The translations under genes and the position numbers were made by a program. 36,176 bases of DNA from Octopus sinensis (lineage: Eukaryota): the NCBI RefSeq assembly GCF_006345805.1, contig NW_021833163.1, positions 1 through 36,176 on the forward strand, given 5' to 3'. Below the pieces are notes generated by a model. That model made no database searches, was not told the origin of the DNA, and saw only the letters and a program-made list of their open reading frames with translations. This document shows, in pieces, positions 1 to 7,685 of the stretch (within the stretch, counting starts at the first letter, position 1; each line of letters begins with the position of its first letter).

Positions 1-150
1 AATGAACAACAAGAAAGTCTTTGACTCACATGATGTGGTCCCCCAAAACCTTCAAGCCCAAAAATTAAAAAAAATTTTTCTGCGTTTTTGTTAAAATGAA
101 CGACAAGAAAGTCCTCGACTCACATGATGAGGTCCTCCACAACCTTCAAG
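1..150 (+). repeat. ~95-bp satellite unit (about 1.5 copies) internal to the Helitron
   Basis: AATGAAC..AAGAAAGTCCTCGACTCACATGATG(T/A)GGTCC..AACCTTCAAGCC is repeated. Its reverse complement recurs at ~2676-2860 and 3068-3190. Confidence 0.85.
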
Positions 151-686
151 CCTCGTGAGGCCATTAATTAGCTTAGCTATCTTTTTTCGATGACATAAAT
201 TCTTTTTGTTAAATTTTCGTTAAAAAATAAAATAAAAGCTCTAATTTTATCGACCATGAATAGACGTGCAATTATCAGATTTTGAAAACCACTAAAAAGG
301 AAAAAGCAAAAATTTTAGAGATTTACATAATTGATTCTTTTTAACTGCCGAAACTGACCTGAAGATAAGTTTTGCTATGACAATAAACAAGGCCCAGGGA
401 CAGTCTTTAAAGGTAGTAGGCTTATTTTTAGAGAACGAGTGCTTTTCACATGGCCAGCTGTATGTGGGGTGCTCAAGGGTAGGTAGAAGAGAAATTTATT
501 TATATTTGCCAAGGATGGACGGACTGCAAACATCGTTATCCACAGGCCTTAGAATAAGGTTATATCAAAGCAGGTCGCATTTATATATCTACATAAATTT
601 ATAGTTATTTAAGGAAACTGCGAGCGTAGCGAGCAGGGCCTCCGCAGGAGCTAGCTCGCAGTGAGCGAAGCGAACTGCTGAGCTAG
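1..686 (+). mobile_element. Helitron 3' part: internal satellite, PIF1 helicase C-terminal remnant and terminal hairpin + CTAG|T
   Basis: [39 protein letters not shown] (~368-490) matches the PIF1/Helitron helicase C-terminal motifs. Inverted repeat ACTGCGAGC 617-625 / GCTCGCAGT 654-662. CTAG at 683-686 followed by T. Confidence 0.85.
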
Positions 687-698
687 TTATACTAAATC

Positions 699-1570
699 CT
701 ATCCTACGTTTACCAAAGATATATAATTATATAACCTACTATTCCGTCGTGAAACGCGATGACGATTTTCAGCATTATGCTCATTCTGGGTTTGTTGGTT
801 CCTTCTTTCTGTATTTCTTCTTGTGTTTTGATTCAGTCGATGTTCCCTCTGGTCTTCGGCTCCTGGTCCCGTCTAACAGCAGTCCTGACCTTGTCCAGCT
901 GTTGTCTAAGTTCCCTCTGGTCTTCAGGCTCCTGGTCCCGTCTAACAGCAGTCCTGACCCTATCCAGCTGTTGTCTAAGTTCCCTCTGGTCTTCGGGCTC
1001 CTGTTCCGTCTAACAGCAGTCCTGACCTTGTCCAGCGTGTTGTCTAAGTTCCCTCTGGTCTTCAGGCTCCTGGTCCAGTCTAACAGCAGTCCTGACCCTA
1101 TCCAGCTGTTGTCTAAGTTCCCTCTGGTCTCCGGCTCCTGTTCCCGTCTAACAGCAGTCCTGACCCTATTCAGCTGTTGTCTAAGTTCCCTCTGGTTTTC
1201 GGGCTCCTGCTCCCTTCTAATCCCAGTCCTGACCTTGTCCCGCTGTTGTCTAAGTTCCCTCTGGTCTTGGGGCTCCTGGTCCCGTCTAGCAGCAGTCCTG
1301 ACCTTGTCCAGCTGTTGTCTAAGTTCCCTCTGGTCTTCGGGCTGCTGGTCCCGTCTAGCAGCAGTCCTGACCTTGTCCAGCTGTTGTCTAAGTTCCCTCT
1401 GGTCTTCGGCTCCTGGTCCCGTCTAACAGCAGTCCTGACCCTGTCCAGCTGTTGTCGAACTTCCTTTGATTCTGTGTCTCTTCAGACCTTTTCCTAGCCA
1501 TTCTCAACCTATTTTTTTCTCGTCTAAATTTTGCCATTTCAGAACTCTCATTTGACCTCTTAACTGGCAT
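699..1570 (-). pseudogene. Helitron Rep-helicase N-terminal region made of 23-aa STPR-like charged repeats (truncated, frameshifted)
   Basis: ATG 1570 MPVKRSNESSEMAKFRREKNRLRMARKRSEETQNQR runs, after 1-nt corrections, into (EPEDQRELRQQLDKVRTAVRRDQ)n. It then reads ...RLYNYISLVNVG* (TAG 699-701) and abuts the other Helitron's 3' end. Confidence 0.65.
843..1460. repeat. 69-bp tandem repeat, about 9 copies (23 codons on the - strand)
   Basis: TTCCCTCTGG recurs at 843, 911, 980, 1049, 1118, 1186, 1255, 1324, 1393 (periods 68-69). Confidence 0.97.
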
Positions 1571-2675
1571 TCTAATTCGCTTACTTAAACTAACGCATAT
1601 ATCATCGTGACTATAGTGTCTTGAATTAGCCAAATCTACATTTATTAATTTACGTTTTGCGCTATATAGATCATCTAAAACCTGTGTATTTCCAGAATAT
1701 TCTATGTTCGTTAATCTGGAATCTGTTTCGACGTACTATAAAATAATTTACAGTTCATGTATTAATACCTTTCTAACATTCGGGTTTTCATTTAGACGAT
1801 TTGGAAGATTAACTTCTGTAATGCTTGATACACTGGCATTACCTCCACCTAGACCTACCTTACCTACACTGCCTACGCCTATATTAACTACACCTACATC
1901 ATCTACACCTACACAAACTACATTACCGCCTCACCATTTATCGCATAAATGTCTTGTCAATAGATAATCAATTATGTAATCTTTATTAAAATTTGCTTTT
2001 ACTTTTTAATTTAAAGATTAGCATACTTGAGGTTGTCAGTTTCGGCGATTAAAAAGATAATAAGCCACTTTTTTGAGATATTATAAGGAAAGATTTGAAT
2101 AAGGTAAATGTAATTTAGATGACTAATTTGAATTTTAATTGGCTCTATCTTTTAAGGCATTTAAACATTAGCATTTAGACCTTGTTAAATTGCATAAATT
2201 CATTATTAAATTTCTAAATTATTTGACTGGAAGGGATTATATATTTAATTGGTATGCAATTCTATTCAGATTGCCTCTTTTGGCTGGAAGGGATTATATA
2301 TTAAATTTGCTATGCAATTCTATTCAAATTGCCTCTAACATAAACAGGCCTTAAAGCTTTTTTTAAATTGAACATGTAAATTTTGGCGATCGAAAACAGT
2401 AATTAGCTTCATCTTTTGTGTATTATAAGGAAGAAGAGTACAGATAGTCAATTCAAGGTAATTTATAAATGGCAATTTGTAATTTAGATGTCTAATATGA
2501 ACGAATATCATTAAAAAAATATTTTAGAAAAAATACGTTATTAAATTTTTAAAGTACAAAATTGGTTTTCTTTATTGTTGTTCATTTTTTATCTGTTTGC
2601 ATTGTTTTCATTTGATTTTAAGTTTTGCATTTTTTAATGTTTTTTGGTATATATAATTTTTTGTGCATTTTTTAA

Positions 2676-3383
2676 GTCGAGGACTTTCTTGTTGTTCATT
2701 TTAACAAAAACGCAGAAAATAATTTTGTTTAATTTTTTGGCTCGAAGGTTTTGGGGGACCACACACCATGTGAGTCGAGGACTTTCTTATGTTCATTTTA
2801 CAAAAACGCAGAAAATAATTTGTTTTTAATTTTTTGACTTGAAGGTTTTGGGGGACCTCATCATCGAGGATATTCTTTCTTATTAAAATTTTTTGACAGG
2901 AAGGTTCTTAGAGGATATCAACCTTTTATTGTGCCTCATTATCGAATAACTACAAAAGGGAAGGTTTTGACAATTTGATCTGGTTTGTAACAATTTGAAT
3001 GTGGGTGTGCACAGACAGACAGACAGACACACAGACAGACACACACCATACCATTTTATTATTAAGAGCTCGAAGGTTTTGGGGGACCACACCATGTGAG
3101 TCGAGGACTTTCTTATTGTTCATTTTAACAAAAACGCAGAAAATAATTTGTTTTTAATTTTTTGACTTGAAGGTTTTGGGGGACCTCATCGTCGAGGATA
3201 TTCTTTCTTATTAAAATTTTTTGACAGGAAGGTTCTTAGAGGATATCAACCTTTTATTGTGCCTCATTATCGAATAACTACAAAAGGGAAGGTTTTGACA
3301 ATTTGATCTGGTTTGTAACAATTTGAATGTGGGTGTGCACAGACAGACAGACAGACACACACCATACCATTTTATTATTAAGA
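2676..3383 (-). mobile_element. Helitron 5' terminus, tandemly duplicated, with (CTGT)n microsatellite and satellite units
   Basis: The minus strand reads A|TCTTAATAATAAAATGG...(TGTC)n from 3383. Blocks 2740-3067 and 3068-3383 are near-identical. The satellite is the same as at 1-150. Confidence 0.75.
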
Positions 3384-3512
3384 TGAGTGAAAAAGAGTCA
3401 TAACTAATTTGGAGACAAAGGATCAAAGAGTTGTGTTGGTTACTTCCTTCTCTAAAAGGAGGTGATTAACCTTAAGCGGACAACGGTCGGATTAACATCA
3501 ATTAATAATATA

Positions 3513-4119
3513 ATGTCGCGAGCGCAGCGAGCGACCGAGCGCAGCGAGCGACCACTCAATTTCTAGATCCGATCAATCAAAAAATCTATAAATTGACAAA
3601 TACCCAGGCTTGTATTTGGGATTAAATATATTCGATAACAAAAATTAAATCGATGCCAAGCAGAATGAGCTTTAAAACCGATTTCATAAATAAAAATAAT
3701 ATTTTAAAAATTTATAATTGATATTTTAGAATAATGAGAAAAAATCTAAATACTTCATAATTTATTAAAATGTCAAAACAAGAATCTTCTGAGAAGCAAG
3801 CCTGTCTGCACAGTTCATTTTTGATTAGAAGACCTAATTTAGAGATTAAAACGAAAAAAATAGCAATGAGATCTGTCAATTATTATACCCCCCCTTCACA
3901 ACCTAAACCAAATTAGCGTTCAGTATTCATTGATTTTACTTTTTCTATTAAGGTCTACTTATAAATTATTTTTGGGATTCAATGGAAACTTAAGTTATTT
4001 CAATTTTAATTTTAAATCATGTTAAAATTTTAAATAATTTAATATATATTTCTTGATGATACGCTTGTTAGCTGTCAAAGTCGCGTCTAGCGCTCGGTCG
4101 CGCGCTGCGCTCGCGACAT
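3513..4119. mobile_element. 607-bp non-coding element with 30-bp GC-rich terminal inverted repeats (MITE-like, superfamily unassigned)
   Basis: 3513-3542 ATGTCGCGAGCGCAGCGAGCGACCGAGCGC matches the reverse complement of 4090-4119 at 29/30. No clear TSD. Confidence 0.75.
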
Positions 4120-4246
4120 ATTAACTTAATTAATTTATGTATGTTTCATAAATCATGTTTTTAAACAAACTAAATGCTCTATATCGTAAAAATTTGTAAA
4201 ATGTTGGGACGACGGAAAGACTATAAACTGTTTGCAGTTCAGTTGG

Positions 4247-4490
4247 GTGTAAACATTTTGGAGATAACCAAAAAAGTTTTCACTTTTGTACATCTAGACA
4301 TTTTTATTAATAAGACTAAAATAAAAAATTGAAATTTTTTTTAAAAATGTGGGCTATCAGGTTTCGATGCTTTTTAGTTTAGAGTATTTTGCATTTGGCC
4401 ATCCAGCATGCAGTTTTAGACATCTATTATAAGAATTTAAATATTTTCTGAAATTGACATGATTTTTCCTCTTGTCTTTTCTCTTATATT
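4247..4490 (+). repeat. ~250-bp direct repeat, copy 1 (copy 2 at ~5907-6160)
   Basis: GTGTAAACA(T/G)TTTGGAGATAACCAAA...GGGCTATCAGGTTTCGATGC...GAAATTGACATGATTTTT is present at both sites. Confidence 0.9.
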
Positions 4491-4512
4491 TTGTACAAAT
4501 ATTTTGTACATT

Positions 4513-4738
4513 TCGCTATGAAATTGGCTTACGGAGTACAACTTGACGGAAGGTTAAAAGACTCACAAGAATCCTCTGTGCCCACGATCCGGATGGTCTT
4601 GGAGAATTGTTGTCAACTATGACTACAATTGGGGATACGCATGGAAAGAGACACTTCGGTGCCTTGTTTTTATCTCCCCGCCGATGATTTCTTCCTTGTT
4701 TTTCTTTTTCTTTTCGCTCAATAAACACTATTCTATTC
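4513..4738 (+). mobile_element. Short retroposed insertion with (CTATT)n tail and 13-bp TSD
   Basis: TATTTTGTACATT flanks it at 4500-4512 and 4739-4751. AATAAA is followed by CTATT repeats at the 3' end. Confidence 0.55.
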
Positions 4739-4809
4739 TATTTTGTACATTATGTTTTAATAATATTGTTTGTGATGTCTGATAAACGTGTTAAACGAAG
4801 TAGAAAAAT

Positions 4810-5045
4810 TATTCATGAAAATCATGCATTTAAACCCCGAATGGGAGGAAAAATTTTTCGTTTTTGAAGAAAATGGTAACGCACCATTGCCTAATTTGTC
4901 ATACGATGTCTTAAGACATATAATGTCGAGAGGCATTATTCGAAACATTCTTCTGAATATGATTCACTTCAAGGTGAAACAAGAAAAATAAAATTTCAAT
5001 CTCTGAAATCAAATCGCAAACTACAAACGAATTTGTTAAAACAGC
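4810..5045 (+). pseudogene. hAT (Charlie/GTF2IRD2-like) transposase N-terminal zinc-finger remnant
   Basis: NPEWEEKFFVFEENGNA(H)CLIC...KTYNVERHYSKHSSEYDSLQGETRKIKFQSLK, read across frameshifts. Confidence 0.7.
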
Positions 5046-5144
5046 CCCACTTATCAAGATCCGTAACAAAATAATAGACGCTAAACAGAATCAAGTTTCG
5101 CATTGATTTTTATTACTTAATAAAGCCTTCTTTTCATTAATATT

Positions 5145-5824
5145 GTAGACTACAAAGAATACTGGACGACTTATATGGATGGCTATATAAAAACAGACTA
5201 CATGCATGTTCCGAAAAGTCAGCAGTCACTCTATTCACGAAAAATAGGAAGATGGGGACGAAAACTATTGATGTCACGTTGAACGGAATTCCAATACCAC
5301 AAAAGAAAACACAGAAGATATTGGGAGTAACGTTTGATACTTTCTTCTGTTTTTCACCTCACGTAGAATCGATCGTATCAACCTGTATAAAGAAGATCAA
5401 TTTTGTAAAAGCCTTCATTTGGAACTGCGGGAGAACTTATCCGCCAGAGGTAGAGACCCTTTACAAGCAGTATATCGAGCCAACAATAGGCTATGCATGT
5501 GCTGCTTGGGGCTGTAACCTGGCGGCAACGAACCGGCTAAAAATCGAAAAAATTCAAGAAAGATCTATCAACCTACTTAAGGACCATACCGATAGGGAAA
5601 TTATCCATAGAACACTGGAGTCTCTCGTAGAGGCAAATGGGGGGGATCGTGGAAATGGACCACAAACCATTCACCGTACATACAGAAAGTGTGTGGGGTC
5701 ACTGTCAAAACATCGTGAAAAGATGGCTCGACTGTTGAGAAGTGTCGGAATCACCTGAACGTGTTAGTTAATGGTTAAGACGGTGATTTTGTTTTGGCTT
5801 AAGCTTAAATAATAATAATAATAA
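5145..5824 (+). mobile_element. 5'-truncated LINE: RT C-terminus/thumb, ORF end and (TAA)n tail
   Basis: LQRILDDLYGWLYKNRL..SEKS; KILGVTFD; LYKQYIEPTIGYACAAWG..KIEKIQ. Stop at 5758; TAA repeats ~5807-5824. Confidence 0.8.
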
Positions 5825-5834
5825 CATAAAATAT

Positions 5835-5906
5835 TTTTTGTGCGGCCCGCAAAGATATTCTTAATTATCGATTTGGCCCATGAGCTAAAAAGGTTGAGAA
5901 CCCCTG
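5835..5906 (+). mobile_element. hAT element right end (TIR AAAAAGGTTGAGAACCCCTG)
   Basis: TGCGGCCCGCA...TTGGCCC...AGGTTGAGAACCCCTG is a Charlie/Buster-type terminus. It is followed by GTGTAAAC, which fits hAT target preference. Confidence 0.75.
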
Positions 5907-6194
5907 GTGTAAACAGTTTGGAGATAACCAAAGAAGTTTTCACTTTTGTACATCTAGAAATTTTTATTAATAAGACTAAAATAAAAATTTTAAATTAAAA
6001 ATTTTTTTAAAAAAATGGGCTATCAGGTTTCGATGCTTTTTAGTTTAGAGTATTTTGCATTTGGCCATCTAGCCTGTAGTTTTAGACAGTCTTTTTAAAA
6101 ATTTTATAAGAATTTATATATTTCTGAAATTGACATGATTTTTCTCTTGTTCTTTTTTCTCTATATTATTTATTTTTATTTTTCAAATAAAATA

Positions 6195-6420
6195 CTAGAA
6201 CACTTTCAACTTTTTTTTTATGTAATCTTTGTTTAACATTTTACTACACTGAATGGCCAGATGATTGATGTTTTTCTTGCAATGATCGGAGAATGATCCC
6301 ATCAACACAAAAAACTCGTTTCTATCAAGATCGTAAATGTTTCGGATATAAGATTCATACAAAAAACACCATTTTGTTCTAAATATTCTAAAATATTGAC
6401 TCAATGCATCTTCACTTTAC
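6195..6420 (-). pseudogene. Decayed fragment of an R4-type RLE retroelement zinc-finger region
   Basis: DLDRNEFF...DHCKKNINHLAIQCSKMLNKDY parallels LQDRNIFF...CPHCK..TVDHMATRCNRMLNSDY at 18988-19293. Confidence 0.5.
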
Positions 6421-6851
6421 ACTTGTGACTGTATATTAAAGGCAGTCGAGTTCCTACTGTAAAGAAAACGTGTTTGTGTTTCGCGAACGCGATCATCTCT
6501 GATGAACGTTTTCTCAATTTGGGCCTAGTCAACACGTTCACAGAAATAAGTAATGTTGACTGTCATATTGTATTGAATTGGCTGAATTGCACATAAAGTT
6601 TTGTCGTAAATAAGCTTAAATCTCTGTCACTGATTTTAAACAAGTCGCCTATCAAACCCTGCTAAATAGCAAAAATGAAATGAAAATACTACTATAGCAT
6701 CTCAAACTTATTTTTTAAACATATATTCATGATATTAACATTAAAACGTGTTCCTATCCATCTTTGGCTCAACTTACTCAGCATTATAAAATCCAAGAAG
6801 ACCAAAGTCATGTTTTAAAGTTCCGAAATTATTTTTTGTGCCAAAGTTTAA

Positions 6852-7549
6852 TTATAAAACATCATCATCAGCAAACATATCAACAGTGACCTTTGGAATG
6901 ACAGCAGAGGATCCATTAAGGACATTCTCGATCTGTTCGCACGTGAATTGATATATATTCATCTCCCCATCACTCACCAAACTGTCCGCCAATCCAATCA
7001 GTCTCTCCAATCCCTTCGAGTCACCCCTTCCCTCGTCCTTTCCACATTTCCGCTTTCTTCCCCACCGCTCACTCGCCTTCCCTGTCGTCCCTGCCCCCAA
7101 CCGACGAATCGCCTCAGACACGGACTCCCCGGGGTTTATCAACATGAGGATTTCACGGTATATTGCAGCCCTGTCAACCTCTTCCACAATTTGGTTGGAA
7201 TATTCCTGTTTTGGTGGCCTCGGGTTGAAGGTTTGTTGATCGAGTTGGTCCATCCAGTTGTCACGGATTCTTTTTGAGGACTGCATAACAAACATTCCGT
7301 TCTCTTCCACAAATCCTTCCTCCATTTCATTCTCCATGTTAAATGGAGTGATTGGAATATTATTGTTAAATTGTTCTTTTAATATTAATTATTTTTTATT
7401 TTTAAATTAATTATAATTAATACCTTCAATCAATTCGTTTGTGGTGAAGTCTTTAAAGGAGGTCGCCCCTGCAATTTCATCCTCAGAGCTGGACCCATTA
7501 CTGAAGGTCCTGGGCTTTTGGGTTCCTCTTTAAACGTGACCTTCTTCAT
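6852..7549 (-). CDS. CD2BP2: CD2 antigen cytoplasmic tail-binding protein 2 / U5-52K (Lin1/Snu40) orthologue, no GYF domain visible
   Basis: MKKVTF (ATG 7549), 48-nt intron 7376-7423, then IPITPFNMENEMEEG..IRDNWMDQLD..PGESVSEAIRRLG..LERLIGLADSLV..DMFADD, all matching CD2BP2 blocks. Exon 1 needs either a +1 A at 7516-7519 or a 20-nt intron (GTAATG...TGAG). Confidence 0.88.
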
Positions 7550-7666
7550 TATGCCTAAAAATGGTATTCTTTGGCAATACCACCAGAAAAATATGATTCT
7601 AAGTTTATTTAAATTAATAAAAAATATTTACAAAGAATATAAACTAGCTAAATTAATAAAATAATA

Positions 7667-7680
7667 CTATCCATGGGAAT
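7667..7680 (+). promoter_or_regulatory. Degenerate RFX X-box upstream of DRC3
   Basis: CTATCCATGGGAAT vs GTTTCCATGGAAAC (10/14), ending 5 nt before the ATG. Confidence 0.35.
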
Positions 7681-7685
7681 ATAAA

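Noticed and set aside
749-1497. Plus-strand Leu/Ser/Cys-rich ORFs (225, 84, 106 aa)
   Set aside because: Antisense shadows of the 69-bp repeat; the minus-strand reading gives a coherent Helitron-type peptide.
1704-1967. Pro/Thr-rich ORF
   Set aside because: Arises from a degenerate (CCTACA)n simple repeat inside the Helitron leader; no family motif.
2676-3200. Repeat-spacer look (GAAGGTTTTGGGGGACC units) as a CRISPR array
   Set aside because: Intervening sequences are themselves repeated, the context is eukaryotic and no cas genes are present; it is a satellite.
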